A stretch of DNA of 62,615 nt from the NCBI GenBank assembly GCA_027490055.1, contig JAIXYV010000011.1, positions 1 to 62,615 on the forward strand. The letters are read 5' to 3'. The notes beneath the pieces are model-generated. The model made no database searches, was not told the origin of the DNA, and saw only the letters and a list, made by a program, of their open reading frames with translations. This DNA is from Bacteroidota bacterium. GTDB lineage: Bacteria > Bacteroidota > Bacteroidia > NS11-12g > UBA955. How positions within the stretch are numbered: the first letter of the stretch is position 1; every line of letters begins with the position of its first letter. The translations under genes were made by a program, and so were the position numbers. Below, piece after piece: positions 29,062 to 38,612 of this stretch.

Positions 29062-29817
29062 TTAACTGCTCATCACACTGCCGCAGTTGATGTCCATGAC
29101 TTGTCCGGTTATGGCACTTTGAGAAAGTATATAATAGACTAGGTCGGCAATCTCTTCAGGTTCAGCCATTCTTCCCAAAGGAACGCTCTGCATGGCGATT
29201 TTATAGAAATCATCATAACTCATGCCTAAACCTTTGGCGATACCATCCATGCCTTCGCGCGCCATGTTGGTGTTAACCCAACCTGGACTGATGGCATTGA
29301 CCATGATTTTCTGTTCGGCAAGTTCCATCGCCCACGAGCGCATTAGTCCTAGCAAGCCAGCTTTTGAAGCGCAATAGGCTGTGTAGTTCTTTACGCCCAA
29401 ACGCGCCAGAACACTGGAGGTTAAAAGAACATGCTTCTGAGGGGCATTGCTTGATTTTAACTGTTCAAGAAATGAATTGACAAAATAGTATGTGCCAGAT
29501 AGGTTGGTGTCTATGATCTCATTCCAGCGATCATCTTCTCCGTAATAATTCTCGCCGCCTACACCAGCATTGGCAATGATGCCATCAAGATGGGTGCCGT
29601 TCAGAATTTCAGAAACCTCTTCACAGTTTTTCTTCAGTCTGATATCTGTCGAAATAATGAGGTGATTGCCCTTTGGTAAAAGCTTTAAAGTTTCTTCTAG
29701 TTTTTCTAAATTTCTACCAGCTAAGATGATGCCTGCGCCTTCGCTTGCCAGTTTTATCGCTATTGCTCTACCGATGCCACTTCCGGCACCGCTGATGATG
29801 TATCTTCTGTCTTTCAT
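29062..29817 (-). CDS. Short-chain dehydrogenase/reductase
   Basis: SGAGSGIG, ANAG, YCASK, NAISPGWVNT. Confidence 0.92.
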   Translation of the reverse strand: MKDRRYIISGAGSGIGRAIAIKLASEGAGIILAGRNLEKLEETLKLLPKGNHLIISTDIRLKKNCEEVSEILNGTHLDGIIANAGVGGENYYGEDDRWNEIIDTNLSGTYYFVNSFLEQLKSSNAPQKHVLLTSSVLARLGVKNYTAYCASKAGLLGLMRSWAMELAEQKIMVNAISPGWVNTNMAREGMDGIAKGLGMSYDDFYKIAMQSVPLGRMAEPEEIADLVYYILSQSAITGQVMDINCGSVMSS

Positions 29818-30197
29818 TTAAGAATTATGCGTGCAATATAATCGAATTTTATTACAAAAAAAGTGAGAGTCTGTTAAGGTGCAAATAATTCATATTAAAA
29901 TAATTTAAAACTTTATGGAAGCTCAGATTTGTGTGTTCAGAAAACTAAAAATTACTTAAGTACTATTCGTTCAGTTTTAGTAAGAATCGTTTTTAAAATG
30001 GATGGTTAATTTCTAAAAAGTCTGTTATTTGATATTTTCAGTTAAGTCGATATTTTTAAGTGATTGAAAATCTGCCAGTAAACGCTTCTTAATTTGCGAT
30101 TATTTTTAATAGATTGATTCATAGCGATTTGCAAATCTCCATTTGGGTGTTTTTTGTTTGAAAGTAGCTTTTAGGCTAATAAACGGCATTTTTAGTT

Positions 30198-30232
30198 CTG
30201 CACCTTCCAGGTCTAAGACCTGGAAGGTGCAG
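30198..30232. repeat. 17-bp perfect inverted repeat, REP-like
   Basis: CTGCACCTTCCAGGTCT-A-AGACCTGGAAGGTGCAG in an AT-rich divergent intergenic region, with no U-tract. Confidence 0.85.
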
Positions 30233-30275
30233 GAGTCAATCCAACTAACAATTTATTTTTTATATCTTTGCCCCC

Positions 30276-31391
30276 GTGAATTTTGAATTAGTTAAAGTCG
30301 ATACCCCAAGCCAGGCCCGTCAGTTTGTTGAGTTCCCTAAATCACTCTACAAAAAAGATGAGAACTATATCATGCCCCTGGATGTCGATATCGAAAATGT
30401 CTTTAATCAAGATTACAATGCTGCCTTCAAAACGGGCGATTGTCAGAGATGGCTGCTTCTCCAAAATGGCGCTGTAGTTGGTCGAATTGCCGCTTTCTAT
30501 AACGATGTCGAAAAAACTAAAATCAGAACAGGTGCTTGTGGCTTCTTCGAATGTATTAACAATCAAGATGCTGCTAATCTGCTCTTCGATACCGCTAAAG
30601 ACTGGCTAAAATCTAATAACTGCTCCTTTATGGATGGTCCCATTAACTTCGGCGACCGAGATAGCTTCTGGGGCTTAATGGTGGGCGGCTTCGCTAGTCC
30701 GAGTTACCGCGAAAACTACAATTTTCCATATTACCAGCAACTCTTCGAAAACTATGGCTTTCAGTTCGAAATTGGTCAGACAACTTCTCTTATCAACGAA
30801 AAACACTTCAACTTCGAACGCTTCAGTAAACTGGCATCCCGTGTGATGTCTAATCCTGCCTATACTTTCGAGTTTTTCAAATTGTCGAAAATTGAAAAAT
30901 ATGCCGAGGACTTCGTTACTATCTACAATAAAGCCTGGGCATTTCACGAGAATTTTGTACCGATGACCAAAGAAAAAATCCTCATCCGTATGAAGGAAAT
31001 GAAGCCTATCGTGGTCGAAGAATTAAATATTTTTGCCTACCACAATGGCAAACCTGTGGGCTTCTATCTGACTGTCCTCGATGTTAACCAGATCTTCAAA
31101 TACGTCAACGGCAAAATGAATCTGATAGGTAAACTCAAATTCTTATACTACAAAAGATTTGTTAAACGTATCCGTGGTATTGTCTTTGGCGTGGTGCCTG
31201 AATTACATAACCTGGGTATCGAAGTGGCGCTGATTATGAAGTTCAGAGAGTCTATGATAAAGAATGGTAGATACGAGGAAAATGAACTGGCTTGGATCGG
31301 CGACTTTAATCCGAAAATGCTAAGTATGTTCGAGTCTATGGGCGCCAATCCTATTAAAAGACATATTACCTACAGATATAACTTTAACTAA
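30276..31391 (+). CDS. Tandem-GNAT acyltransferase of the YghO / bacterial ceramide synthase-like family
   Basis: FVEFPKSLY, VGRIAAF, GFFECIN, GPINF, GLMVGGF, YNFPYY, GVVPE, ELAWI..N..M. Confidence 0.75.
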   Translation: MNFELVKVDTPSQARQFVEFPKSLYKKDENYIMPLDVDIENVFNQDYNAAFKTGDCQRWLLLQNGAVVGRIAAFYNDVEKTKIRTGACGFFECINNQDAANLLFDTAKDWLKSNNCSFMDGPINFGDRDSFWGLMVGGFASPSYRENYNFPYYQQLFENYGFQFEIGQTTSLINEKHFNFERFSKLASRVMSNPAYTFEFFKLSKIEKYAEDFVTIYNKAWAFHENFVPMTKEKILIRMKEMKPIVVEELNIFAYHNGKPVGFYLTVLDVNQIFKYVNGKMNLIGKLKFLYYKRFVKRIRGIVFGVVPELHNLGIEVALIMKFRESMIKNGRYEENELAWIGDFNPKMLSMFESMGANPIKRHITYRYNFN

Positions 31392-31396
31392 TCCTT

Positions 31397-32581
31397 TTGA
31401 AAATTCTATTCATAGCCAACCGTTTCCCTTATCCGCCTTTTCGCGGTGATAAACTAAAGATTTATAATCTTGCTAAACGTCTGGCTAAGAAACACGAATT
31501 ACATCTCATTACCTTTACCGAGCAACGCTCAGATACGCAATATCTGCCCGAGCTGGAACCTATCTTTTCAAAAATAGAAATTGTTCATCTGCCAAAATTG
31601 CAAAGCGTTTTTAATGTTGGATGGGGGATGTTGGGTAGCGCTCCCCTGCAAGTAAATTATTTCAAATCTACTGCGTTTAAAAACACATTGCAAGAGCTCA
31701 TGGCAGCTAATCAATACGATGCCATCCACGTGCAACATTTGAGAATGGCTCAATACGCTATTTCATATCAAGATCGTTTTAGAATACTCGATCTGCCAGA
31801 TGCTTTCTCACTCTACTGGCAACGCCGTAAGTCTGTGCCTCGTAGTTTTCTTACACGCATTCTCGATAATATCGAATCTAGAAGGGTAATGAAATATGAA
31901 AAGTACATCCTTAGTCAGTTTAATCTTAATCTGGTTTGCTCTAACGAAGATCTCAAGTTTTTAGAAGAGAAACACCATATCAATACCATTCGTCTCCTTC
32001 CTAATGGCGTCGATACGGATAAGTTTAAACCTATGGGGCATGATTATTCGCATGCCCATACCTTGTTATTTACCGGTAACATGGACTACGACCCGAATGT
32101 CGATGCGGTTTTGTACTTCGCCAATGAGGTCTTTCCCAAAATAAAACAGGATTTTCCAAATGTGAAATTTGTTATCGCCGGTCAGCGCCCTATCGATAAA
32201 GTTAAAGCACTCGATAATCAGAATGATATTCAAGTCACCGGTTTTATTCCAGAATTATCTGAAATGTACAATACAGCCTCTGTTGTAGTAGCGCCTCTGA
32301 GATTTGGTGCAGGCACACAAAACAAAGTGCTCGAAGCCATGGCCATGGGCATTCCTGTCGTATGTTCAAATATAGGTTTCGAAGGTTTAGGGATTCAGGA
32401 TGGCGAAGGTGCCTACATGAGGACAGATGCTAAAAGCTTTGCTGCCCAGGTAGTAGAACTTTTAAAAGATGCTCAACTGCGAGAATCTGTCGGTAAAAAA
32501 GGGGTGGAGGTTATCCAGAAAAACTTTAGTTGGGATACCGTCTCAGATACCCTGGAACAGTATTTAAAACAACAATTCTAA
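31397..32581 (+). CDS. GT4 family glycosyltransferase
   Basis: RFPYPPFRGDK, PNGVD, FTGNMDY.PNVDA, PLRFGAGTQNKVLEAMAMG. Confidence 0.9.
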   Translation: MKILFIANRFPYPPFRGDKLKIYNLAKRLAKKHELHLITFTEQRSDTQYLPELEPIFSKIEIVHLPKLQSVFNVGWGMLGSAPLQVNYFKSTAFKNTLQELMAANQYDAIHVQHLRMAQYAISYQDRFRILDLPDAFSLYWQRRKSVPRSFLTRILDNIESRRVMKYEKYILSQFNLNLVCSNEDLKFLEEKHHINTIRLLPNGVDTDKFKPMGHDYSHAHTLLFTGNMDYDPNVDAVLYFANEVFPKIKQDFPNVKFVIAGQRPIDKVKALDNQNDIQVTGFIPELSEMYNTASVVVAPLRFGAGTQNKVLEAMAMGIPVVCSNIGFEGLGIQDGEGAYMRTDAKSFAAQVVELLKDAQLRESVGKKGVEVIQKNFSWDTVSDTLEQYLKQQF

Positions 32582-32596
32582 TTTATCGTGTTTTAA

Positions 32597-33862
32597 CTAT
32601 TGAGTGAATTCAATAGGAGGTTTATTGTCGTTTAATTTTCTTTCTTTTCTCAATTTAGAGTAAATAAAAGCAACAATTATAAAGGATATCAAAATGAGAA
32701 ATGCGCCGAGCAGCATGGGTGCTCCTGGTAGTTCTATAATCGCTTTCTCACCTGAACATACTTTAAAAAGATTGTTCATCATGGGGGGACCGAAGATGGA
32801 GGTTAAACTCATTATGCTGGTCATGCCCCCCGATAACTCTCCCTGAGCATTGGCTGGAACTGCAAGGGACATTTCACTTTGCAGAGCTGGACCCGCAATA
32901 CCGCCTAAACAATAGACCGTAGTGAAGGCATACATCATCCAGGTAGTATTAGCCAGGGCAAATAACAGCATACCAGCAAAGTATAAAAAGAAACCGAGTT
33001 GAATAGATCGCTCGTTGCCAAGTTTTGGAACTATTACTCTGATTAATCCACCCTGCACAATGGAAACCATAACACCTACTACACCGAGTGAAAGTCCAAT
33101 CATTTTAGCATCCCACTTAAATTTATAGGCAGTGTAATAAGGCCAGTTCGATTGAACGGCATGCGATGCCAGATACAATAAAAATAATGGTACCATCAGT
33201 TTTAGAACCAATGGGTATTGTTTTAATTGAAACAGTGTTCCTATAGGATTCGCACGTTTCCAACTGAATTCACGGCGATTCGATTTATCCAGACTCTCTG
33301 GTAACATCAATAAACACAATAAAGCATTGGCAAACGAAAGACCTGCGGCAATCCAAAAAGGTGCACGTACATGCCAATCGCCGGCTATACCGCCAATAAT
33401 GGGACCGAGAATGAAGCCTAAGCCAAAAGCCACGCCAATCAACCCAAAATTCTGTGCGCGTTTTTCTGGTGAACTGATATCTGCAATGTATGAACTTGCA
33501 GTGGTGAAACTGGCACCACAAATTCCAGCTAAAATTCGCCCTACAAATAATATGGCAATACTAGGCGCCAATGCATGAACAATGAAATCAATACCCAATC
33601 CCAGTAATGCAATAATTAAGACCGGTCTTCTGCCATATTTATCACTTAATCCGCCCATGATAGGAGAGAAGATAAACTGCGGTAAGGCAAAAGCCACTAC
33701 CATCCACCCACCCATAGCCGCAGCTTCAGAAATAGTATAATTACCAAGTGTTTTAAGTAGTTTCGGAATGATGGGAATAATAATGCCAATTCCAATAACA
33801 TCTACAAGAAGTGTAATGAAAATTAAAGTAAGTGAGCGTTTATAAACGGCAGGAGATTGCAT
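32597..33862 (-). CDS. TetA-like (TCR/Tet, DHA1) MFS efflux transporter
   Basis: LSDKYGRRPV motif A, GRILAG, AYIADIS-like, GFILGP motif C, LPES. Start moved to the ATG at 33862. Confidence 0.88.
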   Translation of the reverse strand: MQSPAVYKRSLTLIFITLLVDVIGIGIIIPIIPKLLKTLGNYTISEAAAMGGWMVVAFALPQFIFSPIMGGLSDKYGRRPVLIIALLGLGIDFIVHALAPSIAILFVGRILAGICGASFTTASSYIADISSPEKRAQNFGLIGVAFGLGFILGPIIGGIAGDWHVRAPFWIAAGLSFANALLCLLMLPESLDKSNRREFSWKRANPIGTLFQLKQYPLVLKLMVPLFLLYLASHAVQSNWPYYTAYKFKWDAKMIGLSLGVVGVMVSIVQGGLIRVIVPKLGNERSIQLGFFLYFAGMLLFALANTTWMMYAFTTVYCLGGIAGPALQSEMSLAVPANAQGELSGGMTSIMSLTSIFGPPMMNNLFKVCSGEKAIIELPGAPMLLGAFLILISFIIVAFIYSKLRKERKLNDNKPPIEFTQ

Positions 33863-33942
33863 ATGGCGAATATACATTCTCCTGTTTAAATTGAAGAATT
33901 AAATTTATAAATTGAGCTTTTGACTATAAGTACGATATTTGT

Positions 33943-34731
33943 GTGGTGAAACACATCTTCTTGTTTTTTGTAATTGTATTTTCTGCTCTGTCTGTCGGCG
34001 CTGAATCACACAAAGATAGTATATGGATAAATGGTGTGGTGCGACCAGATAATACAAGGTATCCCTTTAAAGTTTTGAAACATGTTGCCATCAGTTTGCT
34101 GAAAAATGATTCTGTTATATCTAAAACCTTTTCGGATGATTCAGGGCAATTTCAACTAAAATGTGCGTATAAAGATGTAAATACTTTTCAACTGCTGGCC
34201 GAAGCGCGCTCAGGGCAGCCAGTGCTAACATTCGATTCTGTTTGTCCATATTGGGTGGCCAAATCTCCTTCGGGTTATGCTGATCAATATGCAAGCATTT
34301 ATAAAAATAAAATTATTAGCGATACTTTTAAAACAGTGATACTGATGAAAACACCATTTTATTGTCTCTTTGGAATAGCGCGTTTTGATTATATCATGGG
34401 AACCAATCGTTTTCAAAATCGGTATGGACAGGACTTCGATACTTTGTGTTTGTGTTTAGACAATAATTTTAAGCGATACCAGTTTTTTAATGGTCGTAGA
34501 AAGTTTCATCTGAAAAGTTTTTATTCAGATTCTATTGAATTAGCCAAAGAAAGAGCAGATGGGTTAAAAGAGCATCTATGTTTGACCTATAGTTTTAATA
34601 GAGATGATGTAGATATCGAATGTATCCAATCGACAGAAAGTAATTGTAACAATGAGGGTAAAGCCATTGGAAATTGTGATTTTATAATTGTTTCTGTAAC
34701 GATTGATTTTAAGCCTGAAAAAGGTCACTAA
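33943..34731 (+). CDS. Hypothetical exported Cys-rich protein, possibly with a degenerate OmpA-like C-terminus
   Basis: Signal peptide, SDDSGQF beta-sandwich-like motif, ELAKERADGLKEHL. Confidence 0.55.
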   Translation: MVKHIFLFFVIVFSALSVGAESHKDSIWINGVVRPDNTRYPFKVLKHVAISLLKNDSVISKTFSDDSGQFQLKCAYKDVNTFQLLAEARSGQPVLTFDSVCPYWVAKSPSGYADQYASIYKNKIISDTFKTVILMKTPFYCLFGIARFDYIMGTNRFQNRYGQDFDTLCLCLDNNFKRYQFFNGRRKFHLKSFYSDSIELAKERADGLKEHLCLTYSFNRDDVDIECIQSTESNCNNEGKAIGNCDFIIVSVTIDFKPEKGH

Positions 34732-34783
34732 TTTTGGTTTTTATCCGTATTGATATTTTATTATCTTTGCACCCTTAAACATT

Positions 34784-36121
34784 ATGGCTCAAGTCGAATT
34801 AATCATGCCTAAAATGGGCGAAAGTATTGCTGAAGCAACCATTACCAAATGGTTGAAAAACGAAGGTGATACTATTAAAATGGACGAAGCGGTTGTAGAA
34901 ATCGCTACCGATAAAGTGGATTCTGAAGTGCCTTCTACCGCAGAAGGAATACTAATTAAGAAGCTTTGGAATGAAGGAGATGTTGTGCCTGTTGGTGCTG
35001 CCATCGCTATCATCGGTTCTGATGCCTCTGCAGCTGTTTCTAATGCTGCTCCAGCGCCTGCTGCCAAAAAAGAGCAACCTGATGAAACTGTCATCCACGC
35101 TGCTAAAATGGCTCAGCAAGCTCTGAGTACTTCTGCGGTGTCTGCGCCATCCAACGGTGAAGCTGGAAGATTCTATTCGCCTTTGGTGCTTAATATCGCC
35201 AAAACTGAAGGTATCTCTATGTCTGAACTGGAAGCGATTCCTGGAACTGGAAAAGAAAATCGTGTCACTAAAGGTGATATTTTAAAATACATCGAAAACG
35301 GTCGTCAGTCACAATCTTCTGCACCTGCTGCTCCTGCAGTTAGTGCTCCGGTTGCTGCTTCTGCGCCTGCTGCTAAACCTGCAACTACTGGTAGTAAAAT
35401 TACCATGATGCCTGGTGACGAGATTATTGAAATGGACCGTATGCGTAAACTAATCGCCGATCATATGGTGATGAGCAAAGCAACCAGTCCGCATGTTACT
35501 TCTTTCGTTGAAGTAGACGTTACCAATCTGGTTCAATGGAGAGACAAAATCAAAGCGAAGTTTGAAAAGAAAGAAGGCGAGAAGATTACCTTCACACCAA
35601 TCTTCGTTGAAGCAGTTGTTAAAGCGATTAAAGATTTCCCAATGATCAATATCTCTCTGGATGGTAATAACATCGTTAAGAGAAAAAACATTAATATCGG
35701 TATGGCTGCTGCACTTCCAAGTGGTAACCTGATAGTGCCTGTTATCAAAAATGCAGATACTAAAAACTTGCTGGGCTTAGTGAAAGATGTTAATGATTTA
35801 GCAAAACGCTCAAGAGAAAACAAATTGCAGCCTGACGAAATTCAGGGTGGTACATACACCATCACCAATGTCGGAACTTTCGGCAACGTTATGGGAACGC
35901 CAATCATCAATCAGCCTCAGGTTGCCATCATGGCCATCGGTGCTATTCGCAAAAAGCCAGCGGTGCTTGAAACTGAATATGGTGATGTTATCGCTATCAG
36001 ACATATGATGTTCTTGTCGCACTCATACGACCACAGAGTGGTGGATGGTGCATTGGGTGGAGCCTTCGTAAGAAGGGTAGCCGACTACCTGGAGCAATGG
36101 GATGTCAACAGAGAAATTTAA
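34784..36121 (+). CDS. Dihydrolipoamide acyltransferase E2 of a 2-oxoacid dehydrogenase (probably branched-chain)
   Basis: Lipoyl IATDKVDSE, E3-binding GTGKENRVTKGD, catalytic SYDHRVVDG. Confidence 0.92.
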   Translation: MAQVELIMPKMGESIAEATITKWLKNEGDTIKMDEAVVEIATDKVDSEVPSTAEGILIKKLWNEGDVVPVGAAIAIIGSDASAAVSNAAPAPAAKKEQPDETVIHAAKMAQQALSTSAVSAPSNGEAGRFYSPLVLNIAKTEGISMSELEAIPGTGKENRVTKGDILKYIENGRQSQSSAPAAPAVSAPVAASAPAAKPATTGSKITMMPGDEIIEMDRMRKLIADHMVMSKATSPHVTSFVEVDVTNLVQWRDKIKAKFEKKEGEKITFTPIFVEAVVKAIKDFPMINISLDGNNIVKRKNINIGMAAALPSGNLIVPVIKNADTKNLLGLVKDVNDLAKRSRENKLQPDEIQGGTYTITNVGTFGNVMGTPIINQPQVAIMAIGAIRKKPAVLETEYGDVIAIRHMMFLSHSYDHRVVDGALGGAFVRRVADYLEQWDVNREI

Positions 36122-36128
36122 TCTACAT

Positions 36129-36159
36129 AAAAAAAGCCTCGATTATTCGGGGCTTTTTT
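36129..36159. terminator. Bidirectional intrinsic terminator
   Basis: A7-GCCTCGA-TTAT-TCGGGGC-T6. Confidence 0.85.
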
Positions 36160-36177
36160 ATTGGTGATATAATTTAT

Positions 36178-36819
36178 TTAATCCAATTCAAATGTAATCG
36201 GTATTCTACATCTCTGACCCAGTGACATTGGTACCCAATACCCATCTGTTTTATTGATGACTCTATAAGCTTCTCTTATTAATTCGGGATCAATATTGGA
36301 ATCACTTTTAATAGAAGAGATGACACCTTCTCTTGAAATATCAAATAACACAAATACAACGCCGGTTTTGTTTTTCTTTTTAGCCTTTTCTGGGTAAACA
36401 AGGTTCTCTTCGAGGAAGTTATTTAAACTATTGCCTTCGCCAATAAAATGCGCATGATTGGTATAGAGGTATTCCTTAATGTTTGTAATAGTGTCTTCTG
36501 GTGTTTTATATGACTTAAAAACGGTGTCTGCATAAGCTTTGTATATCTTAAAAACACTGTCACTGAAATATGCTTTTGATATATTAATCTGTGTGGCAGA
36601 TTCTATATTAACATCATAAGATGATAATTTCATCTGCCTATAATAATAGGTCTTCTTTTTCATGACACCATTTACATATTGATACTCTGCAAACAAGCCG
36701 TTTTTTAAGGTTTTATTGATTGTCGTGTCCGAACTTCCAATTCCTATTAAAATATTGTTGGCATTAGCAGATTTAGATAAATACAATAAGCCAATGATAA
36801 GTAATTGTAGTTTTGTCAT
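36178..36819 (-). CDS. TonB C-terminal domain protein
   Basis: LVYPEKAKK..GVVFVLFDISREG...EAYRVI...WVP...IPITF. Confidence 0.8.
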   Translation of the reverse strand: MTKLQLLIIGLLYLSKSANANNILIGIGSSDTTINKTLKNGLFAEYQYVNGVMKKKTYYYRQMKLSSYDVNIESATQINISKAYFSDSVFKIYKAYADTVFKSYKTPEDTITNIKEYLYTNHAHFIGEGNSLNNFLEENLVYPEKAKKKNKTGVVFVLFDISREGVISSIKSDSNIDPELIREAYRVINKTDGYWVPMSLGQRCRIPITFELD

Positions 36820-37111
36820 ATTTATGATGCAAATATATCATTTCAAAATTTTTTTAAACAACTAAAATAGAGTAGATGTGGTGCCTATTATTTGTCATCA
36901 CTCCGTCAAATCAATAATAGTTTTATCATAATGAGAAAATGTTTAATGATTTCAATCGTGCCTTTTTTAGTCAATGCCATTGCAAGTCTGTTTGATAATT
37001 AATCGTTTATCCAAATAAAAAGTTGTTTTTAGAATTAGCCGCTTTATAAAGGAATGCGTTTTGTGACCATGCTCATTTAAATTACCATTTAAATTAATTA
37101 ATATTGTAAAT

Positions 37112-37786
37112 ATGTTGAAACAAATATTCAGCTTTAGTCTCATCGCAACTTCCATAATTGTTTTCACGTCATGCGAACACCAACCACCCGTGAAAATTTC
37201 GATTACACCAGTAGACACTACCGGTAATGGAGGTAACACTGGTCGTAAATGCAGTCCTGATACTGTTTACTTTAACGAAATTTTACCAATTATTGTTAGC
37301 AACTGTGCAGGCGCTGGTTGCCATGATGCCGCCACAAAAGCAGATGGTGTGCAGTTAACAGATTATGCCACTATTCGTTCACGTGTCAATAATGGTTTAA
37401 ATTCTAAATTGTTCAGAGAAATTAACAGTGGTTCTATGCCTCCAACTGGCAGACTGTCCCAGGATATCATCGATAAAATTAAAAAGTGGATTACTCAGGG
37501 TGCTAAAAACAACTATTGCAGCTCTGTTTGCGATTCAACTAAATATACTTACTCAGCAGATATCTCTAAAATCATTGCTACAAACTGTATCTCTTGCCAC
37601 AATAGCGGAACAGTACTTTTAAATTCTCATAGCAATGTTCAAACCTTCGCACTTAATGGTCGACTCATGGGAGCATTAAAACACCTTCCAGGTTATCAAC
37701 CAATGCCGAATTCTACCAATTTCTTATCGGATTGTGAACTGAAAAAAATACAAAAGTGGATTGATAATGGCGCACCAAATAATTAA
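37112..37786 (+). CDS. Lipoprotein with two c-type cytochrome-like domains
   Basis: Lipobox VFTSC; CAGAGCH...MPP...WITQGA and CISCH...MP...WIDNGA. Confidence 0.8.
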   Translation: MLKQIFSFSLIATSIIVFTSCEHQPPVKISITPVDTTGNGGNTGRKCSPDTVYFNEILPIIVSNCAGAGCHDAATKADGVQLTDYATIRSRVNNGLNSKLFREINSGSMPPTGRLSQDIIDKIKKWITQGAKNNYCSSVCDSTKYTYSADISKIIATNCISCHNSGTVLLNSHSNVQTFALNGRLMGALKHLPGYQPMPNSTNFLSDCELKKIQKWIDNGAPNN

Positions 37787-38156
37787 TAAACTCATACTCT
37801 CTGGAATTTTTGCCCTGAGCTTGTCTGCTTGCTACTACGATAAAGCAGATAAGATTTACCCTGCAGATCCTAACCAGGTTTGTGATACAGCCAATACTAA
37901 ATATACCCTTACAATTGCACCAATCTTAAAAACCAATTGCACAGACAAGGGCTGTCACACAACGGCTAAACAAGATGCCAATATTGTTCTGGATAATTAT
38001 GCTGGCACTAAAGCCTGTGTAGATGGTGGTCGATTAATCGGATCACTTAAAGGAAGTGTTGGCTATTCTGCCATGCCTAAAGGCTATCCACTTATTAGCA
38101 CTTGCGATGTTGCCAAAATTCAAAACTGGATCAACAAAGGTGCACCAAACAATTAA
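37767..38156 (+). CDS. Lipoprotein with one c-type cytochrome-like domain
   Basis: Lipobox LSAC; CTDKGCH...MPK...WINKGAPNN. Confidence 0.8.
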   Translation: MAHQIINKLILSGIFALSLSACYYDKADKIYPADPNQVCDTANTKYTLTIAPILKTNCTDKGCHTTAKQDANIVLDNYAGTKACVDGGRLIGSLKGSVGYSAMPKGYPLISTCDVAKIQNWINKGAPNN

Positions 38157-38161
38157 TCATT

Positions 38162-38584
38162 ATGAAAAAAACAATTATATGGCTCTTTATTATCGGAATT
38201 ATAGCCGCCGGTATCGTTATCTTCTATTTTAAAGTAATTGCTGCTAAACACAAAGATCCTGCAGATGCTGTGAAAATTTCATTAACTGCACCAGAACTTT
38301 ATCGCATGTTCTCGAATTTCGAGGATAGCGCTAATAAAATGTATACAGTGCGCGATATGGCTATTAAAGTGTCTGGACGGGTTCAAAGTATCGAACAAAA
38401 TGGTAGCAGATATACTATTTTTCTCAATAGCAACGATATGATGGGTGCTGTAGCCTGCGAAATGGATTCTCTCGAAAATTCGTCAGTTAAAATGCTGAAA
38501 GAACAAGATAGTACCAATATCGTTGGATTCTGCACTGGCTATTTAATGGATGTTCAACTCTTCAGATGTAAATTGGCAAAATAA
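38162..38584 (+). CDS. Membrane-anchored OB-fold (tRNA_anti-like) protein
   Basis: N-terminal TM, TAPELY..F...ANKMY...IKVSGRV, IVGFCTGYL. Start set at the ATG at 38162. Confidence 0.7.
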   Translation: MKKTIIWLFIIGIIAAGIVIFYFKVIAAKHKDPADAVKISLTAPELYRMFSNFEDSANKMYTVRDMAIKVSGRVQSIEQNGSRYTIFLNSNDMMGAVACEMDSLENSSVKMLKEQDSTNIVGFCTGYLMDVQLFRCKLAK

Positions 38585-38612
38585 TTGTATTAAGTAAACT
38601 AAATCATTTTTT

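Noticed and set aside
32597-33862. Acquired tetracycline-resistance gene
   Set aside because: No tetR or mobile context; fits a chromosomal DHA1 family member with unknown substrate
35030-35390. GCT/CCT-rich repetitive stretches in the E2 gene
   Set aside because: Ordinary Ala/Pro linkers of E2 subunits
36991-37078. Fur-like (GATAA-N8-TTATC) and CRP-like (TGTGA-N6-TCATT) sites upstream of the cytochrome operon
   Set aside because: Spacing and half-sites are imperfect and the background is AT-rich; not supportable without comparative data
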